DNA of 64,000 nucleotides from Negaprion brevirostris. Taxonomy: Eukaryota. Positions 25,401 through 38,303 of this stretch are shown here, piece after piece. The stretch is taken from positions 40,954,640-41,018,639 of the forward strand of contig JARDVH010000106.1 in NCBI GenBank assembly GCA_030324005.1, written 5' to 3'. Both the position numbers and the translations under genes were made by a program. Numbering within the stretch: the first letter of the stretch is position 1; each line of letters begins with the position of its first letter. Below the pieces are notes generated by a model that worked only from the letters and a program-made list of their open reading frames with translations, did not search any database and had not been told where the DNA came from.

Positions 25401-26982
25401 ATTTACAACAATCATTCCGGTTGATGAATCACCTAAAACAAATAAATTAATTCAGTCAGAAAGAATCTTTACTGCCACACTATCAGTGCCTCCCCATCTT
25501 ACAACGAGAAAGTGCCTCCCGTCCTTGCAATATGCAACAATATAAAAAAATGCATTGTTTTAATAGCCTGTGTGGTGTATTGCATTATAGCAAAGTGTAG
25601 CAAAGTGCAGTTTTGTCAATAAGTTAAGTTTAAACATAGCCTTATATATCATAATGTCGTTTTTAAAAAAAATATTTTAGTTGGATGACCTTTCAAATCC
25701 AAAGATGACAATATTGACTAAAATGACAGTCTAGAATCTAAATTACTGTAGTAAAGTGATTATTTGAGTGAATAGGTGAAGATTATAAAATTTTGTCATC
25801 ATACATAAATTCTCTCTGTGCTACAATAAACTGATGCCAAAATGCTGAGCACTTAACATTATTGTCTACAGAAGTTTTTTTTAAACATCTCTTTCACCGT
25901 ATCATGTGGGAATTTCTCTTAGCTTTGATCGGCATGTCTTTGAAGTAAGAATTCCTCAAAGACTAAACACTTCCAGTGCAGTCTGCGACTGTCTTAGATG
26001 TGTTGCCACTTGGTACCATTTTCATTTTGCTTATCATAATCCATTACTGTGACTGGGGAAGCTGTCAAATATATGTTGCTGAACAATGAACATCCCGATG
26101 TGATAATTTCAAGGTCCGTTGTGGAGGGTAGAATCTGATTTAAATAGGTAAATGAGGCACTGAACTGAGAAAACCACAGTCTGAGGCTCACTAAATAAGT
26201 TGTGCTGCATCATAAATTTTTAATAAACTCTTAATATTAATACAGAAGAACAAAGAGGTAGAGACTTAAACATTTAAATATTGGATGCTATTAAAGCACA
26301 TTCCTCACAACTGAATAGCTGCAGACTTAATCATGATATCAGTGGCACATTGATATCATATAAGCCATACATGTTTATTCATACTTAATTAACAATGTGC
26401 TAACCATAGTGCCGCGGTTTGTCACATTAATTCCTTACAACAAACTCTCTTTCAAAAAGAGAAAACTATAGGATGTGGCAGGTGTCTGCAAATTACAAGC
26501 CCGTGGCACTCAATGCAAAGAATATCACTATAGGGTGTCAGGAGAAAAGGATAAGCTCATTAGCCCCCATAGAAGGCTGCAATGCCAAAATGGTGCTGTC
26601 ATTACTGATGCTGCAATTTCATAAATGCAGTAAAGAAAATCTGAGATTTATATCATCTTAACAGGCACCTTACTTCAATCCAGATTCATAAAAAGCGATG
26701 GCAATGATCAGTCGTCAATTGGATGGCTGCAAATTTAAAATAGGGTCATTTATCTAATTGATTTGCATGTAATTAAAACAGTGCTGAGTTGCTATTATAT
26801 GGTTCAGTAGCCAGACCGTACCTTCAGTGCTTCATTTAGCATTGGCAACAAGAAAAGAGAAAGATTCAAGTCCCAAATGGTGGAATATCCTGCCAAGTGA
26901 ATAGGTTAAGTGAGGGTTCTGAGTATATGCAGGTTTTGGAGGGCTTTTAAATCTGCAGAATGTGTTCTGCACACAAGACCTG

Positions 26983-28470
26983 TGTTACTTGTGCTCCTGG
27001 TTTCATAGTGTTTACTATTCTGCTGAGTTACTGCTATTGTCAATCTTTGTTATCTATTTATATCAAGATCATTCTTTAAACAATGCATTCGACTACCTTT
27101 AGTGTAGTCTCAAGTTATCACATCACTTTGGTGATGAGTAAAAAACAAGTGAAGAGAAAGTGAAGTCTTTAGATGTTTTGCCTGGCAACACAAAGTTGTA
27201 TGGTGAGTAGCTAGTGTATATTTCACATTTATTCAACAGAATTTCAAGTTAGCAGCAATGGCTATGTCTGGGGCAATCAGAGAGTTTGATCAGAGAAGCA
27301 AGGACTGAGCTGAATATGTGAAGAGGGTACATATTCAAATAGAATAGAAGATAAGACAACAGTGCTTGTTTCTCCACAGTATTGATGAGGAATCTAGCCA
27401 TACCATGGAAACAAAGGGAGATTTTGCTCGTTTAATTTGCAGAATTCGAAGCCTTCAGTGATTTTTTAAATATTAATATTTCATAGCCATTTTTGGAAAG
27501 CAAGTCAATCAATAGCTACCTTTGCAACATCATTTCACAAACTTTCAGAACACAAGTGATTTCAGAGCAGTTTTAGAAGATAGGCTAGTCTGCAGCATTA
27601 GTGAGGACAGCATTCAGTACTGGTTGTTGGGCAAAGCCACACTGAGTTTTAAGAAGGCTCTCAAAAATTCTCAGGGCACGGAAATGGCTGCTAGTAATGC
27701 TAGAGATATTCAGCACTAGTAGAGATTCAATGATTCAAAGACTTCTTTGAATTAAAATTTTCTTGCTCAGCCCCTGCCTCCCCTCCTCCTCTTTGCAACT
27801 CTTCATTGATTCACTAAATCCCCTTTCTTGCTGCACTGGCAACAAACAATGTCCATAAACTTGCACTGACTGGCATAGTGTGGCCCTTCATACCTAAAAT
27901 ACTCGCTGCTTTCATCTTGCAGACACAGAGAGAGGCAGTTCAAATCAGATGATTAGGTCTACATCAGGAACTTTGGTAGTAACCAGAAGTGGTTACCAGG
28001 AATAATTTTAAACCAAAAGGATCCAGTATCTTGGNNNNNNNNNNNNNNNNATGGAAGAGTTGTTTGCAGACACCAAGATCATACTCGTTTATCGCATGAC
28101 CTAGGATCAGGAAAAGTTTCAAAGTCAGCAACCGTTACTGATAAAATGGCAGAAGTAATGCTACTGTAGATGTTCACCAGGAAATGGCTGTTGAAGTTCA
28201 AGGTTTGCCAGTTGACTCTACCGTGGGAGTGGAAGAGGAACATCCATTTACAGATTCTCACCCGTTTATGCCTACAATTCCAGATCCACCAATACAAGAG
28301 TCACCAGTGCTATTACATCAGTCACAACCAACTGCAAAGCTCCTAACAGACTTTTGTATAGTTAAGACATTACTCTCACTGTATTTGGCTCCTGCTGGGG
28401 GATTTAAATTTAGTGGGGGGAGGGTTTTATTTGTGGTCTGGTTGTCTTAAGTTACCACACTGTCTATTGT
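26983..28470 (+). mobile_element. Internally deleted Gypsy LTR retrotransposon remnant
   Basis: Putative 5' LTR tgttacttgtg...catca (26983..27125); PBS-like TGGTGATGAG (27129..27138); gag remnants MAMSGAIREFDQRSKD*AEYVKR and LEDRLVCSISEDSIQYWLLGKATLSFKKAL; integrase C-terminus VYIRNFGSNQKWLPGII...GRVVCRHQDHTR; PPT agtggggggaggg (28412..28424) followed by sequence resembling the 5' LTR start. Confidence 0.82.
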
Positions 28471-28839
28471 TGTGGAAACACAAGGCTGAAACATAATCCT
28501 GGACGCAAGTACACAGTACCATGCACCTCATTCGAAGACAAATGGCTTACCTTGAGCGCCAGGTGATTGGCAGAAAAATCTTGTGGCATTAAATTCATTC
28601 AACTCACGGATAGGGCAGTGGAGAGACATTAAATTCTTCCCTGAAGAACCAAGCTCTTTAGCCATGAATGAAGATGATTATGAGGAAGGGGAGGGCTGAG
28701 CAAGAAAATTTTAGTTCAAAGAAGCCTCAATCAGTTACATTCCAAGTGGAAAGCTTGGAGCTTACAAATGTTCAATACCAAAGAAGCATGAGCAGACCCT
28801 ATATTTGCTACAGTTGTAGGGAATGGTAAACAGTTAAAG

Positions 28840-29059
28840 ATCATAGAATCTCTACAGTGCACAAGGAGGGCATTCAGTCGGTTGCGCCTACACCAGCAGC
28901 AATCCCACCCTGGCCCTATCCCTGTAACCCCATGTATTTATCTTGCTAATTTCCCCCAATGCTAAGGCAAAACTTAGCATGACCAGCCAACCTAACCTGC
29001 ATGTTTTTTCCAGTGTGGGGGGAAACTAGAGCACTTGGAGGAAACCCACGTAAACACAG
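28840..29059 (-). mobile_element. 5'-truncated V-SINE
   Basis: tcatagaatctctacagtgcacaaggaggg tail through V-domain gtgtggggggaaactagagcacttggaggaaacccacg. Confidence 0.8.
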
Positions 29060-30092
29060 CTAAGTATATAGGTATTCAATGATCTTGCAAAGACAAATCT
29101 GAAGCACCATTCCAAACTAAAACACAATAATGGGACAAGGCATAATAGATTCAGATCAGTGAAAAGACAAAGTTATTCAGGAGAATTTCTTTGCAGAAAG
29201 TGATCAACAATTGGAATGGGAAAAGCGATGGAAATGAAAATCTTTTCAGGTGATTTAGGAACCCATTGGAGGCAATGAAGGGATTTTCCATTTTTCCTTC
29301 TGGGTGAATGAATGGAGATGGAATAAATGGACTTCTTCATCTGTATTTATCTTACAAGCCTTGACAGTAGCAACTGCGGCTTTTTTTGGATAAAGCAAAT
29401 CTCCTTGTCCAAACAGAAACAAATCAACAATGCAAAAGGGGTTTTCTGAGGTGAATAATACATTGCTGAACATGGATTCATACATTGTCTCAATGCTTTT
29501 TGATTGAAGTACCCCATTCTGTTGAACATTTTCAATTTGCACTGTTTTATAATACTTATAGGTTCTTATTCTGTTTGTACTGGCTCCTCTAGTTAAATTC
29601 ATCTGTGGCACTTCATTTTGCTTGTGCTTTCAGCTACCAATTGTTACAACATTATATCAAACTGCTTGATTAATTTTGTTATATCCAGCACAGCATTTAA
29701 AATGATTTGATCAGTTGCACTATCCAGCATCCTACCATGGCTGTGCAGCAAACAGACATATATAATTGCATTAGGTGGGCACTGGACCTTCCTGTGATAA
29801 TCAGCACTGTCAGAATACCACTCTGCTTCATTCACTTTTCAGATTAAGTGGATTCCATAGACTCAGCCTTTTCATCCTGAATGTTGTATCATGTTAAGCA
29901 GTTCAGACTATTCCTATTCAGTCTGCTATTGGCACAGGCATATTGACCACTGGTGCTTTGGCAAGTTTTCATGTCATTTTTCAACTTACTACTACCATAG
30001 GAGGATTCCCCTGTTGTAGTAAGAAATTCTAATTTCAATTATGAATGGAAAATCATATTCAGCCCTTGTCCACATTTTGTGGGTGGTGCACA

Positions 30093-30303
30093 TTTGATTT
30101 GATTTATTAGCATGCAATGAAAAGTATTGTTTCTTGCATGCTATAATGATAAAACATACCGTTCATAGAGAAGGAAACGAGAGAGTGCAGAATGTAGTGT
30201 TACAATCATAGCTAGGATGTAAATATCAACTTAATGCAAGGCAAGTCCATTTAAAAGTCTGAGAGCAGCAGTGAAGAAGCTGTTCTTGAGTCGGTTGGTA
30301 CAT
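30093..30303 (-). mobile_element. Rex1-like LINE 3' end
   Basis: Minus strand TNRLKNSFFTAALRLLN (Rex1 ORF C-terminal motif) followed by a 3' UTR ending taataaatcaaaatcaa. Confidence 0.75.
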
Positions 30304-31379
30304 AATACATCTTTTTTATTGGTATTTCAGTTCCGGGAAATAATATGAAAATGTCAAGGGAGCTTTGTCCAGGTCTGGTTTGATCAAGGATTTTGAATGA
30401 AGTAACCTGGCACAATGAATACAGAAAGTTGCACATATCTTTTGAATACAGCTGTTAAGCTGGAAATTTGAATATTTTACACAGCTCCATTCACCTAATA
30501 GGTAAAGCACATTGAATGAAGAGCCAATACTTGTTTTGGTTGGGAATGCACAGCTTTTCAGTTTTCATTCTACATGATGTGTGAGTAATGTTAATGAAGT
30601 GCCAAAGGTGTTTACTATTTTTGAAGTTGTGTGAGCCTCAACAAGTACCTGTATCTAACAGCTTAAATTGAGTGCAGCAGTGCAATTATGTCACCATTCC
30701 CATTAATTGTATGAGATTAATTTTAAAATATAGAGGTTTGAAATGCCGCTATTTAATTCCATATTTTTCAAACTCAGCTCACACAAGGATGGAAATGGCC
30801 GCTTTAAACCATTANNNNNNNNNNNNNNNNNNNNNNNNNNNNNNNNNNNNNNNNNNNNNNNNNNNNNNNNNNNNNNNNNNNNNNNNNNNNNNNNNNNNNN
30901 NNNNNNNNNNNNNNGCTTTACACCATTATTGTTGGGCTTTCCAGAGGAACGCAAATTCTAGCAAGTGTAGTGCAGTATTGTCCAATAGAAATTACTGACT
31001 AATCACAAGTGTTAATATGGTGACCTTGTTTTAGCCACATCCATTTCCTTTAGTGGAAAATTAAAACTAACACCCACGCAGTACAGGCTAATGTATTTCA
31101 TGTGTAGGTTAATTTTAGAAACATGTCTGCAAAATGTTTTTAACCAAAGCTTTGCAATTTGAAGAAGAATTTATTGGCCATGGCAAAGCTTGCATTTCTG
31201 CCCGGCCGTTGGAAGTAAAAATATCAGTTAAATTGTTTGGAACGTGACACACAATGAGATGCAACAGACCCCCCTCTGATCGGGATTGGATGTTAATTGG
31301 TGATTTAATGCCAATCCTTCATTGTAGTTTTGTGATTGTGCAGTTCCAGTGCCCTTTACTAATGGATAGCAGGAAGGAG

Positions 31380-32050
31380 CCAACATAATAATGTGCTTCG
31401 GATAGCAGTGCAACTCCAACAAGTTCTATCTGAAATGAGGCATTGTCATGGCTCCTAAGCAGCAGTGCAAGAAGTTTGGACTTCAAAACATAGGTCTTGA
31501 AATCAATCTGAGAACCATCTCAATCCTGCACATCTCATAATGACACACAGCAGCTTCATAACTTATGCTGGTTATCCTTGGAACAACACACATTTACTAT
31601 TCCTCACACCAACACATGATAGTGCTTCGTGGTACCACTGACAATTATAGTGATGGTGGCATTAAAAATGTATAAATGTTACAAAGAAAGGGACCAAAGT
31701 CGTGTTTTTGACATTACAATGACTTGTCAGACACAAAGCACCTTGGTGACAATAGCTTTGTGGGGGAAGGGTGAAGACATATAGTCACGTACAGTTAATG
31801 TAACAGGTTGAAGTGAAGGTTAAATTATAGCTTCTTCTTTGTGAATAAAACAAATGAAACAAATGTCTCTTGCAGGCAGCCATGGATTCTCCTCTACCTC
31901 ATCTTCAGGCTGTTCTTCCTGCAGTCCTTCAATGTCTTCTCCCATAATGAGGGCTCTTCGACAAAGATGATGTGTAGAAGTTATTGCATTATTTGAATGC
32001 ACAGGGACAAAAATGAATAGGCGCTTTGGCTATCTACCAGAAATATAGGC
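31380..32050. mobile_element. Possible highly decayed Harbinger remnant
   Basis: Plus strand QQCKKF (Myb/SANT QC.KKFNDL-like) near 31460; minus-strand acidic peptide (ORF 31820..32002) loosely resembling a HARBI1 C-terminus. Confidence 0.3.
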
Positions 32051-33455
32051 CATTGAAGTAGTTGAGAACTACAAATCTCCACTCTCCCAAATCATAATGA
32101 TATCAAACATTTACCTCCTCTGCTCAAATATCATTCACAAAGTCACATTCAGGAAAAACCTCATTGGCAATCAATGCCACTATAAAACTTGGTATGGGTG
32201 TTTCAGTGTGTCTGCAGTGTATCAATCTAATCTCCCAATTCTGCAGCAATAATGTAAGCACAGCTCCCCCTTCCCACTTGCATTGGCTTATTGATGCTAT
32301 TGCTATTGGAGTAGTAAATGCATTATTTAAAGAGTGGGAATGTAACTGAAGTTGGCCTGAAATTCAAGGCAAGCCCATTCTCTTTATAATTGTGGAAAGA
32401 TCAAACATCTTGGAAGCACGGTAAAAGGTCAATAATCAGGCAGTGAAGAAACTAACCTCATAAGTTTGGATAGAGCTTCAATTTTCCTGTGTTTTCGCAA
32501 AAGACTACAAGAGATTATTTTACTCTGCTGCAGTTCCCCTGGTTACTTCAATTAATTTCTTTTAAACTATCTTTCTGACAACAAATAGTGAAAGAGACTG
32601 CTCTATTTATTTGAAAATGTTTATATACCATCACAAGAATTTTATGCTGAGTCAATGTTGTTTTCGTAATCCAATTTGTAAAGGGGCGTTGAAAGGGTCC
32701 AGAGTTGAGAATTGCTTTTAATAAAATCATCAGAATGCCCACACACATCCATTTAATAAACAAATGGTGAGACAATTAAATAAGCCTTATTCCAGATGCT
32801 AATTGTGACAAATATTTGAAAGATTTTATTTGCCTCAAACTCATATTTTGGATTCAAAGCAAATGCAATTGATGTAAATATTTAGAAAGTGTGTCCTGGG
32901 GAAATGATTTTAAAAGTGTGCATACTTAATGGAGCGCCTAACTGGAAACTAATTAGATCAATCTGAATACACCCGCCAACAAAGACGTTGGCTCATGGAT
33001 TTAAAATTTGTTCAGATCATTTAAATTAATGTGATATAAAATAATTTTGGGAGCTAATTGGCAATAGTTATCTGCGGCTGTTAGCCGAGTGTTCACTGCT
33101 TTGAGGTTTATTTCCTCTGAAATGCAAGCTTCTAGTAAGCACCAACGACAATGCAATGCAAAATGTAACTAAGTACATGGAACAAAAAAGACAGAATCCC
33201 ACAGGATGTACGATTGCCGTTAAATGGCATTTTGGAAAGGCTCATTACTTGACAAACCTGCAACAGTTTGCTCTGAAAACTCACTTGCAGTTCCATTATG
33301 TTGGCAGCAAAAAGAAACACACTTCAGCAAGTGATATATTAACTCTAATGTCTACCTTTGTAATTAATCAGTGATTCCAGAGCACAGGACTGCACACAAA
33401 GGTTATAAAACAGGGAATTGTTACCCCACCGGCATCAATCATTCCTTGGAAAGCT

Positions 33456-33640
33456 TGGCCAGAATTCTCCAGCCAGTCATGTCAGCAGGATTCGCCAATC
33501 TCACCGGCAGCGCACCCCCACCTGCGAGTTTCCCACCGGCGTAGGGTGACATCAATGGGAATTCTTATCATCAGCAATAGGACCAGCGATTCCTGCCGCT
33601 AGCAAAAAACTTGCCACCACCCTCTGGTGGAAAACACAGA
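33456..33640. mobile_element. Harbinger-type MITE fragment
   Basis: Left end ggccagaattctcc and GC-rich body similar in style to the other MITEs; right TIR not found. Confidence 0.5.
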
Positions 33641-36621
33641 GTATTTACAATAGATATTTGTAACCAACACTTCAGACCCTCCAGAATACCACTGAGAGCT
33701 CAATTCCTGATCTTTAATCAGCTGGGTAGCAGAGTTCAGTTGGTTCAGCTACTATTGCTAACCTTCAATGTTCACCGTACCAGATTACTTCATTCCCCAG
33801 ACACAAGGGGAATCTTCCTCTCCTTGGGCTTCTTGGACTCAGTGGCAGAGGAAGGCAGTAGGGGGAACTATTGAGGTGGTTTGACTGGGTCTCCAGAAGC
33901 TCTATGCACACTCAACTTCCACTTCCCTGTTCTCTATCCACTGTCAGAAGCTTTGAGCTGTCTTATTTGAGGCCTTGCCCTTGCAGCAAAAGTCTTGGAA
34001 TTCTCCACCTTACTGCCCTCTCCCTCACCTCAGTTCTTTATGCTGAATCAGGTATGGAGAGCAGATGGTGGAGGAATGCGTTGGCACCCGTTTTCAGGTG
34101 GGAAGGTAAAAATGTATGCGTACCACACAACAAACCTGGAAGCCCCAAGCCCAGCCTGATTTTGGACCTTGAACTACAATAAATGTTAATTGGAGGTGCT
34201 AGTGCCTGCCATGTGTCCACTGACAGTATGCCATTTGAGTCCTGCGGTGGTGGGGTAGTGAATGGGATACTTTGAATTTAAAGGAGAACTCCTGCTGGCC
34301 CTCCAGCAATAATTCTTAAAATGTCCTTTTTAAATGCAGTTTTGGTTGGTGTTGAATGCATCTTTCTCATATAGTGATCCATGAAGTAATGATTGGTTAG
34401 CAAAAACTAATTGGTCACACTCAGTAAGATGCCATCAAATACAACACTGTAAATTCGGTGGTTGAGCAGTTGGAGATGATTGCTACAATTTATTCTGTAT
34501 TTTCCTGCATTTTTTTTAAAGCAGAGAAGCAAAGCCAAAGGTCATTCCATTACTCCGGAGACAATTCCGGATACCTTCAGTTGAAACTGTGATGCTGAGC
34601 CCATTGCCCTCCAAAATTTACACATCATCACACACGTCAATGTACAATTGTTGAATTATCACCTTTAGGCAGTTAGCTAAACAAACTTGTCAAGTCGCAA
34701 ACTAATAGAATGTTTAAGTATTAAGTTAGGTTTCCAATTAAGAAACTAATTTTACTGGCAGGGTCATGTTTGACAGAATGTCCATTCAACAGCTACTGAT
34801 CAGTAAGCACATCGACAATGGAATCAAGCAATCAGAAATGGCTATGTACTCTACTTACAGACATAATACAATGGAAAGAATCTGCACCAGATACCGTGCT
34901 TCTTGTCTAGTAATAGGATGAATGAAAAGCTTAATGTAAGTGGGTGAGAGCAAGGCATATGGAGCCTCTATCTATATATGTCCACAAACAAGCAACAACA
35001 CAAGTGTTGCTGCATAGTTAACAGCAACAGACACTCGATCCAACATCTGCCCAAGACAAAATGCACTATCTCCAACACTAGCTTGGCTGAGGCTGACTCA
35101 TTCTTTGTAGACCCAAACTAAGACCTATCAGACTTGCAGATTTCAGAGCCATAGGAAACAGCATTAGCTTACTGAACTATAAGAAAGCCATAAAGAGCAG
35201 TCTTGGGCTCAGCATGCGCAGTTACATCCTTCCAATTGGTATTCATAGTGATAACCTCTGTTTTTAAACCAGACTGATGCAATACATGAAAGTTCTGAAC
35301 GTAGTTACAAAATGTTATTGAGACACAATCAAAGGAAGTTAAGTCACTGCATGTTTAATAAAACTGAATTGTAGTCCAATGTTGCAATTTTTCATTGAAG
35401 AATATGCCTTCAAATGATATATTTCACAAATGTTACTGAAATTATTCTGAACAATGTTTAGGGACACTAATGGCCTGGAGCATCCCATGGTTCGTCTGAC
35501 CAAGGCTGCTAATTTGGCATCAATTAGGGACAATTTCTGGTGCACACCACTTCATGTGGATTGATGCTGGCCCATCCCCAATTTTTCTTATCAAGGTTGG
35601 AGATAGCCATCTTCTTGAATATAACTAAATAGCATGGCAGGTCATTTTTGAATTGCAAGGACATTATCCAGTCAGAATTTTGCAACAATCTAGTAGCTTC
35701 ACGGTGACTATTACTGATATTAGTTACGGATTCTAGATTGTTAGTTAATTAATTGAATTTAAATTTTCCCCAACTGCCATGGTGGATTGAATTACTTTCC
35801 CAACTTCTTAGTTTTTGTGTGATCCAATTTTCTGCTAATAATCCCATAGCAAACTCAAGATAGGATGAACTCAGAGGGTTAGTTTATTTATGCACACAAA
35901 ATGAGGAGGAGGGTCACAATGTTGCCTCTACGCTCAGAGTAAAGTGGGCAATAGAGAAAAGAATGATTTACAGTATGGTGACCACAGATAATGTAAAGTA
36001 AATATTGGTTCATGTAGGTTCCAGCATCAAAGTCTAATAAAGTATTCCTTCATGGAGATCAACGGGTTAAAAATTGATGTTGTAGAATTCATTTTTCTGA
36101 TAGTGTGAATTTCACAGGATGAAATAGGCACACAAGGGATGAATCGGTCTTGTAGGCCATAATACAGAATTTTCGGCAAAAGCAGGCTGCGCTACTCTGT
36201 TCAGCAAGGCAATATTAACTTGTTCAACAAGCCATATGTCACATGACCCCACCTCTCCACCACAGTCACCAAGAAAAAATGTGTATCCATTGTTTGAAGT
36301 GCGGCTAGGTTTCGAAGACTGCTAAATGTCTCAGCCGCTACAAATTGAAAGTAAGGTTGTGGAGCTTTATGGCTTTGCAAAGAATCAGTCTCCTTCTGAC
36401 CAACCTGGGTTGTTAAATGCAAATTTGCTTTTGTATAGCTGTTTCTGAAGTTCGACCGCGCAGTTCACAGAGGTCATTAGTGGATGCTCAGTGCTAACGA
36501 GTGTGGGTGTTCCTGAAACTGGCAAGTGGCTTCTTTTGTTCAGGGAGCATGGACAGGCCATTTTCAACCATTTTAATGGTCTTTGTTCAGTTTTTTTAAA
36601 ATCAATAATTGACAATGGGGG

Positions 36622-36908
36622 TATCTGGAATTCCTTCCTTAATGGCATTGAGGGTCAACCCAGAGCACTTGGACTGCAGCGATTCAAGGCTGCAGCACAC
36701 CACCACCTTCTCAAAGGCAACTNNNNNNNNNNNNNNNNNNNNNNNNNNNNNNNNNNNNNNNNNNNNNNNNNNNNNNNNNNNNNNNNNNNNNNNNNNNNNN
36801 NNNNNNNNNNNNNNNNNNNNNNCACCACCACCTTCTCAAAGGCAACTAGGGAAGGGTAATAAATGCTGGCCAGCCAGTGGTACCAATGTCTCACAAATTA
36901 ATGAAAAA
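36622..36908 (+). mobile_element. 3' end of CR1-group LINE, split by an assembly gap
   Basis: WNSFLN...GLQRFKAAAHHHLLKGN, then agggaagggtaataaatgctggccagccagtg tail shared with the SINE at 470..830. Confidence 0.8.
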
Positions 36909-38101
36909 GAATATATATACTTGTATTATATACAATATTTAATAAAAATATAACTTGTGAGGTCTTAGTCCTTAACAATATTCTTCCTATCTCAGTATCA
37001 GAAACGAGTGTAAGAAGCTCTCTATTTCCTTTTGTGTCAGCATTATTATTCCATTTCTCACAAGGCTCATGATGGATATTTCATTGTGATCATTAAAAAA
37101 AAGTTCCAATTTTGTACAGGATGTGAGGGAAAATCTCATTACTCAAGGGAGGGAAAGCTTTGATCGATGTAATATTACGTTACAATCATTTGTCTTTTAA
37201 AGCTGGAAAATAAATCAACAGTCATGTTGCAGGTGAAAATTGTTTATCTGCAATAACATGACAAGAGGTGATTGTGGAAAATGTGCTCAAAGACAAGTTG
37301 CAGTCAATCATTCCCACCATATACATANNNNTACGATTCTTGAAAAATTGAGATTACAGTGCAGTACTTTATTGCAATGAACAGATAAGAATGACTCTTC
37401 CTGAACTTAAAATGCGTTGAACAAGAACACAATGTTATAACATTCCTGCTTTCTTTTGTGAATGACTACCAAAGCTAAAAACAGAATCATTTATTATTAA
37501 TCTCAGCATTACCTTTTATGATTTTACTCAAGAAACAATTAAATCATTTGAGATTAGCTACTTTACATTACTTTACCTGAATTTGAAATGCTACCTCTTT
37601 CTTTTCCCACAGGTGTTGTTGGACCTGCTAAGTATTTCCAACAATTTGTTTATTTTTATATATAAAACAAACCATGTTCTAATACAGGCAAAATAAAGGG
37701 TTGATTTTAAACACTCCCCCTGCCACCCCCCAGGGATCAGGTTTCCCTGGTCATTGCCAGCAATGGGAGTTGAATGCATGAGGACCTGAAATAATCAGGC
37801 CTGTGTATTATTCCCTGGGCTCGGCAAGCATGGGTTAAAAACCAGAGCAGCATCCTACTCCACAAATCCACGTCACACCCCACACCACTTTACAGCCACA
37901 TTTTGGCCAAAATGCCCTCATTGAAATGCAAAAGTCAGGGTCTGATGTAATTCAGAGACCCATATATTCAACTACCATTTCTGGCAATGACAACTAAAAC
38001 CTGATCCCTTAGGAGTTGCAGGCTAAGAAGATAAAGAAATGCAATCTCAAGGTTTCTTNNNNNNNNNNGAGCTCCTCCTATGGCAACATTGGGCCTCAAT
38101 A

Positions 38102-38303
38102 AGCAGTCTCACAACACCTGGTTAAAGTCCAACAAGTTTATTTGGTAGCACAAGCTTTCAGAACTCCGCTCCTTCATCATTCACCTGATGAAGGAATGGC
38201 ACTCTGAAAGCTTGTGCTACGTAATAAACTTGTTGGACCTTAACCTGGTATTGTGAGACTGCTTATTGTCCCTACCCCAGACCAATGCCAGCATCTGCAC
38301 ATC
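38102..38303 (+). mobile_element. Miniature Penelope-like insertion: inverted pLTR + pLTR + tail, 13-bp TSD
   Basis: Direct repeat ttgggcctcaata at 38089..38101 and 38304..38316; inverted arms 38097..38179 and 38186..38268; the sequence matches the end of the GIY-YIG-encoding element at 49606. Confidence 0.88.
38182..38216 (+). ncRNA. Minimal type I hammerhead ribozyme motif of the Penelope pLTR (stem II degenerate)
   Basis: cac-CTGATGA-aggaatggcactct-GAAA-gctt-gtg: conserved CUGAUGA and GAAA boxes, palindromic AGCU in place of stem III, cac/gtg stem I. Confidence 0.65.

Noticed and set aside
29644-29835. Minus-strand ORF containing QCPPN, checked as possible EPHA6 exon 4
   Set aside because: Lacks the AC..GFYK and C.C..GYFRA context; chance match.
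36700-36848. Direct repeat caccaccaccttctcaaaggcaact on both sides of a 100-N gap
   Set aside because: Typical contig-end overlap around a placeholder gap; most likely an assembly artefact.
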